Part shown: positions 17,061 to 26,091 of the stretch, piece after piece
How positions within the stretch are numbered: the stretch's first letter is position 1
Layout of the letters: the number at the start of each line of letters is the position of its first letter
Assembly: GCA_035559535.1 (NCBI GenBank)
Contig: DATMBG010000035.1
Span: 62,001-94,580 of the forward strand
Direction: 5' to 3'
Origin: Candidatus Limnocylindrales bacterium
GTDB taxonomy: Bacteria; Moduliflexota; Moduliflexia; Moduliflexales; JAUQPW01
DNA length: 32,580 nt
Made by a program: the position numbers and the translations under genes
Notes under the pieces: generated by a model
Told to the model about the DNA's origin: nothing
Databases searched by the model: none
Seen by the model: only the letters and a program-made list of their open reading frames with translations

Positions 17061-19337
17061 ATGCAAGAACCCGGTGCAGCAAAAGAAAAAATCGGAAGGA
17101 TTTTTATTAAAGTTGGCCTGATAGATGAGGAAAAGTTACAGATTGCCCTGGAAGAAAACAAAAAAAATCCCAGGGAACTTATAGGAGAAACTCTGGTACG
17201 CCTGAATTTTGTCAGTGAGCAAGATATAGCCAAAGCCCTTTCTTATCAAAACAATGTTCCTTACCTGGATTTAGCCTCGACCGTTATCGAACCCATGGCC
17301 ATTGAATTAATTCCTTTAAAGCTTGCCAGGGAGTATCAAATTTTACCTGTTCGTATTGAAAATAGGGAATTGATTCTAGCTATGAAGAATCCCCGGGACA
17401 TAGAAGCCATAGATATGGCTCGCTTTACCAGCGGATTAAATATTCGTCCCGTTGTAGCGGCCGCCGGTGAGATTAAAGAAGCTATTAATCGGCATTACTC
17501 GGCGGGAGAATCAATTAACCAAATTATTCAAAATGTGGCCCAGATTGAAGGAATAGAATTTATCCGGGCCGAGATGGTAGAAGAAGAGAACATCCTGGAA
17601 TTAAAAAATAAAAGTGAAATGGGCCCCATTGTCAAATTAGTTAATTCTATTATCTTCCAGAGTGTTTCCGAGAGGGCCAGTGATCTTCATATTGAACCTC
17701 AAGAAAAACTAATCCAGGTAAGACATAGAGTCGATGGAATTTTAAATGAAACTCTACAAATTCCCAAATGGGTACAAAGCGCTCTGATTTCTCGAATCAA
17801 ACTCATGGCCGGCATGGATATTGCCGAAAAGCGAATTCCTCAAGATGGTCGAATTAAGCTGAGAAAGGATCATCAGATCCTGGACCTGAGAGTTTCTACC
17901 CTTCCGGTACAGTATGGAGAGAAAGTGGTCATCCGTATCCTGGATAAAAGTAAAAGCGCCTTATCTATTACAGAGTTGGGGTTCTCATCCGAAGATCTGG
18001 AGAGAGTAAAAGAACTTATTAACCTTCCCCAGGGGATGATTTTAGTGTGTGGCCCCACAGGTAGTGGTAAAACCACAACCCTTTATGCCTTGATTAGTGA
18101 AATTTCTCGTAAAAAGATTAATATCGTTACCCTGGAAGATCCCATAGAATATGAAATGAATAGGGTTAACCAGGTTCAGATCAATGAAAAAGCCGGATTA
18201 ACCTTTGCTAAAGCCTTGAGATCCATCCTCAGACAGGATCCTAACGTGATTCTTGTAGGAGAGATTCGAGATAGAGAGACGGCGGAGATTGCCATGGGAG
18301 CCTCTATGACCGGACACCTGGTCCTAAGCACCCTGCATACCAATGATGCAGTCTCTACCATTGTCCGACTCCTGGACCTGGGAGTAGCACCCTATTTAAT
18401 CGCTTCTTCCTTGAGTGGGATCATCTCCCAACGTTTAATCCGAATCCTATGTGATCGGTGTCGAGAAAAATATCAGCCGGACCTGGAAAGGCTCAGGAAG
18501 ATCAGACCCAGGTTGGATAAAGAAATTCCCTTCTATCGAGGTAAGGGATGCGAATATTGTCAGCAAACTGGATATCGGGGAAGAAAGGGGGTTCATGAAA
18601 TTTTGATGATAAATGGAGAGATCCGGGAATTGATCAGTCAGAGAGCTCCTGAGCGAAAGATCCGGGAAGCAGCCCTCAAAGGAGGCATGAAATCCTTAAT
18701 CGAAAATGCCCTGGAAAAGCTCAAACAAGGTATTACGACCTTGGAAGAGTTAGAACGGGTGGTCTTATTTTCCGAAGAGTCCAGATCTTTAACCGAATTA
18801 AAATGCCCTTCCTGTCAAAAAGTGATGGAACCAGACTGGAAAATCTGCCCCTATTGTGAATCTAAGTTAAAAGAAGCCATAACCCCAGAACGGAACGCCC
18901 CAATTAAAGGTTTAGAAAAAACGGTTGAGCCTTCAATTAAAGATATCCGGAAGGACTTTAAAGGATTTAAAATCCTTTTGGTCGATGATAATGAAGTATT
19001 GGCGCGAGGATTGGCTTCTTTCCTGGTCAAAAATCAATTTATAGCCACTGCAGCTTCCAATGGAAAAGAAGCCCTGGAAATCATCGCACAGAATAAACCT
19101 CATCTTATCCTTACAGATATCCCCATGCCCGAGATGGACGGATTAGAGCTTATCAAAACATTACGCCAGGACCCGACGACTGCCTTTATTCCGGTGATAG
19201 TCCTTTCTCAAAAAACGGCGCCGGAAGAGAGATTAAGAGCCTTTGAATTGGGAGCAGACGATTATATCTTCAAGCCTGTATTAGTGGAGGAGCTCTTATA
19301 TCGAATTAAAGCAGTTTTAAGAAGAACCTATCCCTAA
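17061..19337 (+). CDS. PilB/GspE-family ATPase with MshEN-like N-terminus, extra Zn-ribbon and C-terminal receiver domain
   Basis: ASDLHIEP, PQDGRI, Walker A GPTGSGKTT, TLEDPIE, LRQDP.VILVGEIRD, GHLVLSTLH and CxxC..CxxC, then CPSC...CPYC and ILLVDD...TD..MP.MDG...KP. Confidence 0.93.
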   Translation: MQEPGAAKEKIGRIFIKVGLIDEEKLQIALEENKKNPRELIGETLVRLNFVSEQDIAKALSYQNNVPYLDLASTVIEPMAIELIPLKLAREYQILPVRIENRELILAMKNPRDIEAIDMARFTSGLNIRPVVAAAGEIKEAINRHYSAGESINQIIQNVAQIEGIEFIRAEMVEEENILELKNKSEMGPIVKLVNSIIFQSVSERASDLHIEPQEKLIQVRHRVDGILNETLQIPKWVQSALISRIKLMAGMDIAEKRIPQDGRIKLRKDHQILDLRVSTLPVQYGEKVVIRILDKSKSALSITELGFSSEDLERVKELINLPQGMILVCGPTGSGKTTTLYALISEISRKKINIVTLEDPIEYEMNRVNQVQINEKAGLTFAKALRSILRQDPNVILVGEIRDRETAEIAMGASMTGHLVLSTLHTNDAVSTIVRLLDLGVAPYLIASSLSGIISQRLIRILCDRCREKYQPDLERLRKIRPRLDKEIPFYRGKGCEYCQQTGYRGRKGVHEILMINGEIRELISQRAPERKIREAALKGGMKSLIENALEKLKQGITTLEELERVVLFSEESRSLTELKCPSCQKVMEPDWKICPYCESKLKEAITPERNAPIKGLEKTVEPSIKDIRKDFKGFKILLVDDNEVLARGLASFLVKNQFIATAASNGKEALEIIAQNKPHLILTDIPMPEMDGLELIKTLRQDPTTAFIPVIVLSQKTAPEERLRAFELGADDYIFKPVLVEELLYRIKAVLRRTYP

Positions 19338-19476
19338 GAAATTCTTTCCTTTACAAGGCCTCTCCTTTCGTCCCACAGATCTTTTCAATATTTCCTTGAC
19401 TATTCCTCAAATTCCACGGAATATGTAATTAAATGATGGGGGTTCCTCTTCCACTCCGTCATTTAGCAGAGTTGCC

Positions 19477-20079
19477 ATGCACGAAATTATTTTTCTTATC
19501 AAACAACTCTTCATTCCTTATGGGATTTGGGGATTATTGCTTCTTTCTTTTTTAGATTCCACCTTCGTTCCTATGCCTCAAGTTATTGATACCCTGGTAA
19601 TTGTCTTATCCCTTTCTAAGCCCCATTTAATGGCTTTTTACGCCCTGTCTGCAGTGGCTGGATCTTTGCTGGGAACCAGTATGCTATATTTTCTCGGCAA
19701 AAAGGGTGGACAGGCCTTACTCCATAAAAAGCTCTCCAGGGGAGGCATGGAAAGAATTCAGTATCTTCTTCATAAATATGACATACTATCCATTTTATTG
19801 GCCGGGATCATCCCTCCACCCTTTCCTTACAAGGCTTTTATTTTCGCCGTGGGGGCTTTTCAGTTACTTTATCATAGATTTCTTTTAGCAGTCTTCGTAT
19901 CTCGAAGCTGTCGGTTCTATTTTGAAGGGGTTATGACCGTCTTGTATGGAGAGGAGGTCATAACTTTTCTGAGGGAAAAGCCCTTATTCGCTGCGTTTAT
20001 TATCCCGGGGATCTTCTTAGTCGGGTTCCTGATCTATAAGATTCTAATAAATATCTTGACCCGGCAAGAAGCCAGTTGA
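19477..20079 (+). CDS. DedA/VTT (YqaA-like) membrane protein
   Basis: SFLDS.F.P.P..D, GSLLG...Y.LG.KGG, PPPFPYK and R..RF motifs. Confidence 0.85.
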   Translation: MHEIIFLIKQLFIPYGIWGLLLLSFLDSTFVPMPQVIDTLVIVLSLSKPHLMAFYALSAVAGSLLGTSMLYFLGKKGGQALLHKKLSRGGMERIQYLLHKYDILSILLAGIIPPPFPYKAFIFAVGAFQLLYHRFLLAVFVSRSCRFYFEGVMTVLYGEEVITFLREKPLFAAFIIPGIFLVGFLIYKILINILTRQEAS

Positions 20080-20137
20080 AAGGCCTCATCAGGTAAAGAC
20101 AACCTATGCAGGAAAGAGAGGGAGTGAAGCGTTTAAA

Positions 20138-22951
20138 ATGAACCAAATTTCTATTAAAGGGGCCCGGGTTCATAACTTAAAAAATATAGACCTGGATATT
20201 CCAAGAAACAAGCTGGTTGTAATTACCGGGGTTAGTGGTTCCGGAAAATCCAGTCTGGCATTTGATACCTTGTATGCCGAAGGACAGAGAAGATATGTAG
20301 AATCCCTTTCGGCTTATGCCAGACAATTTCTCGAACGAATGGATAAACCCGATGTGGATGCTATTTACGGTATCTCCCCGGCCATTGCCATCGAACAGAA
20401 GAACCATGTCCGAAATTCCAGATCGACCGTAGGCACCGCCACAGAGATCTATGATTATCTGAGACTGCTCTTTGCCCGAATCGGTAAAACCTATTGTTAT
20501 CGGTGTGGAAAACTGGTACAGCGGGAATCGGTAGAGGCGATTGTTGAAAAAATCTTCCAGATGGGCCCGAAAACCCGTTTCATGATAGCTTTTCCCCTTC
20601 AACTGGAAGGGGCTTTAGAGACCTCCAAAGGCTGGTCGGATCAAGAATATGCCGTAGTCCGGGAAGGTCTCCTGAAGAAAGGCTTCCGCCGGATTTTGGT
20701 AAACGATGAGATTTTCTCTTTGGAAGAAGAAACCCCCAGGTTGACCCCGGGATCAGAGATTGGGGTCGTGATAGATCGTATGTCGTTGAGCGAAGAGATT
20801 CGAGAAAGGCTTGTGGAGGCTCTGGAAATGGCCTATGTGGAAGGACAGGGACGACTGATAGTCAAAACGGTAGAAGGGATAAATGCCCCCCATCCTGAAG
20901 GGGAATCCTTTAAATTTAGTCGGAACTTTGAATGCTATCCCTGTGGGATAACCTATGAGGAGCCGGAACCTCGATTGTTCTCTTTTAACAATCCCTATGG
21001 AGCCTGTCCGGAATGTCAGGGTTTTGGAAACAAGATCGTGATCGATATGGATCTGGTGATTCCGGATAAAACCAAGAGTATTCGACAAGGTGCCATAGTT
21101 CCCTGGACTGCCCCTATTTGTCGTGGGATTATTTCCCGATTAGAGCGAATTGCCCCAAAATACGGCTTTTCTATTGATACTCCCCTTTATAAACTCACAG
21201 AGGATCAAATGCGCCTTATTATCCAGGGGAACGACCAATTTATTGGAATTATTCCTTTTTTTGATTTTCTAGAAATGAAAAAATACAAAGTCCATGTTCG
21301 GGTTTTCTTGAGCCGATTCCGGGGGTATCGGGAATGTTCTCTGTGTAAGGGTTCAAGACTCAAGGAAAAAGCTTTGTGGGTCAAGATTCAGGGAGCTACC
21401 ATCTATGATATTACCCGAAAAACTATCCTGGAAGCCAAAACGTTTTTTGACCAACTTCACCTGACCCCCTTTGAAGAACAGATCGCTCATAAAATAGTTG
21501 AAGAGATTAAAAATCGCTTGCAGTATTTGATTGATGTGGGACTGGATTATTTAACCCTGGATCGTCTTTCACGGACACTCAGTGGAGGAGAAGCCCAACG
21601 GATTAATCTGGCAACCTCTTTAGGATCTTCTCTGGTCAGCTCCCTGTATGTTTTGGATGAGCCCAGTATCGGGCTTCATCCCAGAGATACAGACCGTTTG
21701 ATCCGGATTCTTAAAGCACTTCGGGATAAAGGTAATACCATTGTTGTGGTGGAGCATGATAAAGATATCATAAATGCCAGCGATCACATTGTAGATCTGG
21801 GACCTGGAGCCGGGGAGTATGGGGGAAAAGTGGTTTTCTCCGGAAGTTTAAAGCAACTCTACCGGGACCCCCATTCCTTAACCGGTAAATATCTCCGGGG
21901 AGAGAAAGAAATCTCTTTTCATTCCGGACAGCCCGGTATTTCCCGTCGTAGATCTCCCAACGGATACTATCTTGAAATCCAGAATGCCTATCTTCATAAC
22001 CTTAAAAACATTCAGGTTCGGATACCTCTAAAAGTGCTGACCTGTGTAACCGGAGTTTCCGGGTCCGGTAAAAGTACACTCATCCACGAAATTCTCTATA
22101 AGGGATTAACAGGGGAACGAAAACCCGGGAACGGATACGATGGGATTAAAGGTCAAGAGCTTATCTCAGATGTTATTTTGGTAGATCAATCCCCTATTGG
22201 ACGAACACCTCGATCGAATCCTGTTACGTACATTAAAGCCTTCGATGAAATTCGTAATCTGTTTGCCAACACCTTGAGTGCCAAACGGAGCGGATATAAA
22301 CCCGGGCATTTTTCCTTTAATGTTGCAGGAGGCCGATGTGAGGTCTGTAAAGGGGAGGGATTTATCCAAGTAGAAATGCAATTTCTCGCAGACCTTTTCT
22401 TGACTTGTGAAAGTTGTGGTGGTAAAAGGTATAAAAACGAAATTTTAAAGATAAAATTCAAGGGAAAAAACATTGCCGATATTTTAGAGATGACGGTTAC
22501 AGAAGCACTGGCATTCTTTGCAGATTATAAAAAAATAGTGGAAAAGCTTCAGGTTTTGGAAGATGTGGGTCTGGGTTATATCCGATTAGGCCAACCGGCT
22601 ACCACCCTGTCCGGTGGAGAAGCTCAACGGGTCAAGCTGGCTGCGCATCTGGCTAATCGGAAAAAAGGTTCTGCGCTTTATCTCTTCGATGAACCCACAA
22701 CCGGCTTACATCTGGATGATATTGCTAAATTGCTCCTTTGCTTTGACAAATTATTGGACAAAGGGCATTCTGTGGTCATTATCGAGCATAATCTGGAAGT
22801 TATTCGCTGTGCAGACTACATCCTGGACTTGGGTCCGGAAGGTGGGGAAAGAGGAGGCAGGTTAATAGCCTGTGGGACTCCAGAAGAGATTGCAAAATCT
22901 CCCGAGTCCTATACAGGCAAATTTCTGAGACCTTATCTTAAAGCTCTGTAA
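20138..22951 (+). CDS. uvrA: Excinuclease ABC subunit A
   Basis: GARVHNLKN, two TGVSGSGKS Walker A motifs, EGQRRYVESLS, two LSGGEAQR, Zn fingers, GPEGG..GG. Confidence 0.96.
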   Translation: MNQISIKGARVHNLKNIDLDIPRNKLVVITGVSGSGKSSLAFDTLYAEGQRRYVESLSAYARQFLERMDKPDVDAIYGISPAIAIEQKNHVRNSRSTVGTATEIYDYLRLLFARIGKTYCYRCGKLVQRESVEAIVEKIFQMGPKTRFMIAFPLQLEGALETSKGWSDQEYAVVREGLLKKGFRRILVNDEIFSLEEETPRLTPGSEIGVVIDRMSLSEEIRERLVEALEMAYVEGQGRLIVKTVEGINAPHPEGESFKFSRNFECYPCGITYEEPEPRLFSFNNPYGACPECQGFGNKIVIDMDLVIPDKTKSIRQGAIVPWTAPICRGIISRLERIAPKYGFSIDTPLYKLTEDQMRLIIQGNDQFIGIIPFFDFLEMKKYKVHVRVFLSRFRGYRECSLCKGSRLKEKALWVKIQGATIYDITRKTILEAKTFFDQLHLTPFEEQIAHKIVEEIKNRLQYLIDVGLDYLTLDRLSRTLSGGEAQRINLATSLGSSLVSSLYVLDEPSIGLHPRDTDRLIRILKALRDKGNTIVVVEHDKDIINASDHIVDLGPGAGEYGGKVVFSGSLKQLYRDPHSLTGKYLRGEKEISFHSGQPGISRRRSPNGYYLEIQNAYLHNLKNIQVRIPLKVLTCVTGVSGSGKSTLIHEILYKGLTGERKPGNGYDGIKGQELISDVILVDQSPIGRTPRSNPVTYIKAFDEIRNLFANTLSAKRSGYKPGHFSFNVAGGRCEVCKGEGFIQVEMQFLADLFLTCESCGGKRYKNEILKIKFKGKNIADILEMTVTEALAFFADYKKIVEKLQVLEDVGLGYIRLGQPATTLSGGEAQRVKLAAHLANRKKGSALYLFDEPTTGLHLDDIAKLLLCFDKLLDKGHSVVIIEHNLEVIRCADYILDLGPEGGERGGRLIACGTPEEIAKSPESYTGKFLRPYLKAL

Positions 22952-23004
22952 AATAGTTAAATTCCATTTAAAAAATCTGTAAGAGGAAAGAATCCACTTT
23001 CTCG

Positions 23005-24600
23005 ATGGAATCCAATTTACTTTACAGAGAACTTAAAAAATCAGTAATGAAAAAGAAAGAACAGCCTATCAGAGGCTATAAGAAAGTAGCGGCCTTCATA
23101 GAAGAGCTTATAAACAGCCAGATATCCATGGAAGAAGCTGAGGATTGGACAGAAGAATTTTTTTATACAGTGGAAGAAGAAAATATTGATTTGATTCCGG
23201 CTCTATTACAACTCATAAAAGACACCCAACAAAATCCAGATGTAGTTACCACGGTAGCCTTTTTATTGGAACAATATGGAGATCCAGACGTTGTGGAACC
23301 CCTCATGGAGTTATTCAAAAGTTCTGGGATCAGCGATACTACAAGGTCTATTTTATTGGGGGTTATGGAGTATTACGGTATCGACACGCAGGACCCCACA
23401 TTGATATCTTATTTCCAGGATATTAGAGGATTAGGTCAGGTAGCTTTAGAAGGAATGTTGCAACTATCGGAGCGGGAAGAAATGCTGGAGACCCTGTTAG
23501 AGGAGATCTCTAACTTTTCCACAGAAGCCCAATTAAGGATGATCGAAGAACTCGGTAAAAGTCGGGATGAACGGGCTGTTCCCCTTCTGGGAATTTTTGC
23601 AGAATATCAACATAAAGAACTGGCCGAAGCAGCCATTTTACAACTGGGAAGTATTCGCTCGGGCAAGTCTATTGAAACCTTAGAAAATCTCATCAATCAC
23701 CAACAGGATAGCCAGGAACTCATCCAACGCTCCCTTCGCAAACTCCAATTTGCCGGGGTAACAAAGGCCCCCTCACTTCCGGAATCTTTTCCCATCTATA
23801 AATGCCTGCTGTCCTGGATCGATGGAAGAGGGAGTCGGGTAATGTTAATAGCCCGACAAAAGGATGCCCATCATGCTAAGCTGGCCCAATTCATGTTGCA
23901 TGAGAAGGTAGGCATTAAAGATTGCTATGGAGCCCAGAATATCACCCTTAAAGACCTCGATAAGATAACTAAAGAATTAAAAAAGCAGGTCGGGGGAATG
24001 GAGGTAGAATATGCTTATTGTCTTCAATTAGTCCGGGATGCCTTATGGACGGCCCTTAAAAAGGAAGCTAAAATTTCTCCTTTGTTTTCCTTTTATCGAA
24101 AAATTTTCGAAGGGGATATTCTAACCCCTCAAGTGTATAGTGTGGATCTGACGTCCTATGGACTGGAAGAAGCAAAACAAAGTCTGGAAGAACTCCTGGC
24201 AACTTCCGATGAGCTTATCTCGAAACCACCCTTCTCGGATTGGTGGCTCGATACTCCGTCTTCTTATGATTTCGTACAGAAAAAAAAGCGATCCATGAGA
24301 AATCGGATTATAGATTTCAAGATTATCCAGGAATTTATCACCCAAATCCTTGAACCTGACCGAAACCAGATTACAAAGCGCCTGGAATTGACCATAGAGT
24401 TTTTAGCAAAAAAGAACCCTAAAGCTTATCAAACACAAATCCGAAAAGCCCTGGCCCTTTGGATAGCCTTGAAAGAACACCATCGGCCCCTGGATAACAT
24501 TCCCTTTATGAAAGAACTGGCCACCCTCACGCTCAAAAATGTGCTGAATAACATCCGAATGGGCTATACGGAACCAGTAGACTATGTGCCGGAGTATTAA
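23005..24600 (+). CDS. Hypothetical protein with HEAT-like helical repeats (start may be 23047)
   Basis: Repeated motifs (L...GDPDVVEPLMEL; LG...DERAVPLL; LG.I.S..SIETL); the C-terminal half is unrecognised. Confidence 0.65.
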   Translation: MESNLLYRELKKSVMKKKEQPIRGYKKVAAFIEELINSQISMEEAEDWTEEFFYTVEEENIDLIPALLQLIKDTQQNPDVVTTVAFLLEQYGDPDVVEPLMELFKSSGISDTTRSILLGVMEYYGIDTQDPTLISYFQDIRGLGQVALEGMLQLSEREEMLETLLEEISNFSTEAQLRMIEELGKSRDERAVPLLGIFAEYQHKELAEAAILQLGSIRSGKSIETLENLINHQQDSQELIQRSLRKLQFAGVTKAPSLPESFPIYKCLLSWIDGRGSRVMLIARQKDAHHAKLAQFMLHEKVGIKDCYGAQNITLKDLDKITKELKKQVGGMEVEYAYCLQLVRDALWTALKKEAKISPLFSFYRKIFEGDILTPQVYSVDLTSYGLEEAKQSLEELLATSDELISKPPFSDWWLDTPSSYDFVQKKKRSMRNRIIDFKIIQEFITQILEPDRNQITKRLELTIEFLAKKNPKAYQTQIRKALALWIALKEHHRPLDNIPFMKELATLTLKNVLNNIRMGYTEPVDYVPEY

Positions 24601-25996
24601 CATAAAGACAGGAAAACGCTCCCTCTTCTCCGTTCTCCTCGTCCTGTTATCTACCTATCTTCTTCTGATTACTTCTCTGCTGTTGGGCCCTTTGATCTCT
24701 ACAAAAGTTCGCTCGGAGTCCTCGGTAACGGAGGCGGCCCTTCACCTAATTCAATTAACCCGGGATCCTTCCTTAGATGCCAACGGATCCTGGTCTCCCG
24801 ATGGGAAGGAAATTGTCTTTCAGACTCGACGAAAGGGGGAAAAAGAAAAAAAGAAATCTTTCAACGAAGAGGACGAAGAGGAAACTAAAAAAGAAGAAAA
24901 AAAGAAAGAGAAAAAGAAAAAAGAAGAAAAAAAGAAAGAAGAGGAGGAGAATGAATTGGCCAGGGATCGGGATATCTGGATCATGAATGCCGATGGGTCC
25001 AATCCAAGACAGCTTACGAAAAGTACGGCAGAAGAATATCAACCGGTCTTCTCTCCCGATGGGAAAAAAATCCTTTATGTTTCGGAAGAGCGAGGAAGTC
25101 CGGACATCTGGATCATGGATCGAGATGGCAGTAATAAAACCCGACTGACGAAAGATAAAGGAATAGAACGAGATCCGGCCTGGTCTCCCGATGGGAAGAA
25201 GATCGTTTATGCAGCGCTTCCTTTAGAAGCAGATAATTTTGATCTCTGGATTATGGACGCCGATGGGTCCAATAAAATTCAACTGACCCAAACTCCCAGC
25301 AATGAAATAACTCCCGCCTGGAGTCCAGATGGAAAACATATCGCCTTTGCCTCAGATGAAGGGAACAATCTGGATATCTATGTGATAGATCCGGATGGTA
25401 AAAATCGTACCAAATTGATCAGTACGGCAGGATATGAGTATCAACCTGACTGGTCACCAGATGGATCTAAAATTGCTTATACGGCCTGGGGTGCTGAAGA
25501 GAGCCTGGATCAAAGCAACATCTGGATCGCCAATGCCGATGGAAGCCAGCAAACCCGGCTTACCTCGACTTCTCCCAGCGCTCATCCTCGATGGCATCCC
25601 AACGGAACCCAAATTCTGTTTCACTCTAAACGAAGTGGAAATTGGGACCTTTGGGTGCTTCAGGTTCCTGAGAGTATTTTACGGGTAGCCCAGGCAACTC
25701 CTCCCCCTCCCCAACGGGATAACCTGATTCTACGGAACGGGGACCTTATTTCAGGTAAGATACTCAACGAAAAATTTACAATAGCCCTGGACGGTAAAAT
25801 GCTGGAAGTCCCAAAATCAGAGATCCAAAAGATCGAATTTATAGAAAACTCTCAAGACCAAATTAAACTTACCAAGCAGAATGGTGAGGTGATTCAGGGG
25901 ACCCTAACCCTACCGGAAGTTAAAATCCAGATGGAACTCGGTCCCACGGTAGAAATTCTTAAGGACAAAATCAAGTCCATATCCTTCCCGAAATAG
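24584..25996 (+). CDS. Membrane-anchored or secreted TolB-like PD40 beta-propeller protein
   Basis: Hydrophobic N-terminus, six (W/F)(S/H)P(D/N)G..I repeats with DIWIM.ADGSN, Pro-rich linker and a small C-terminal beta domain. Confidence 0.88.
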   Translation: MCRSINIKTGKRSLFSVLLVLLSTYLLLITSLLLGPLISTKVRSESSVTEAALHLIQLTRDPSLDANGSWSPDGKEIVFQTRRKGEKEKKKSFNEEDEEETKKEEKKKEKKKKEEKKKEEEENELARDRDIWIMNADGSNPRQLTKSTAEEYQPVFSPDGKKILYVSEERGSPDIWIMDRDGSNKTRLTKDKGIERDPAWSPDGKKIVYAALPLEADNFDLWIMDADGSNKIQLTQTPSNEITPAWSPDGKHIAFASDEGNNLDIYVIDPDGKNRTKLISTAGYEYQPDWSPDGSKIAYTAWGAEESLDQSNIWIANADGSQQTRLTSTSPSAHPRWHPNGTQILFHSKRSGNWDLWVLQVPESILRVAQATPPPPQRDNLILRNGDLISGKILNEKFTIALDGKMLEVPKSEIQKIEFIENSQDQIKLTKQNGEVIQGTLTLPEVKIQMELGPTVEILKDKIKSISFPK

Positions 25997-26004
25997 TCTG
26001 TTGA

Positions 26005-26080
26005 CCTTTATCCATTGTCCATTCTAAATAAAGATGTAACCCGGTTGGGTCTCAAAGGACAAAGGATAAAGGACAAAGGA
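26005..26080. repeat. Inverted heptamer (AAAGGAC) repeat element
   Basis: cctttatccattgtccatt is complementary to (c/t)aaagga x4 at 26053-26080. Confidence 0.7.
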
Positions 26081-26091
26081 CTGTGTCTGTT

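Noticed and set aside
19430-19465. Fluoride riboswitch resemblance (GATGGGGGTTC)
   Set aside because: It lacks the GGCGATGG...TCGCC stem and the downstream GCTRATGAC element.
24773-25042. Phe-rich and Lys-rich alternative-frame ORFs
   Set aside because: Shadows of the stop-free polypurine tract.
24584-25996. Calling this gene tolB
   Set aside because: No TolB N-terminal domain and no tolQRA/pal neighbours; only the propeller repeats are shared.
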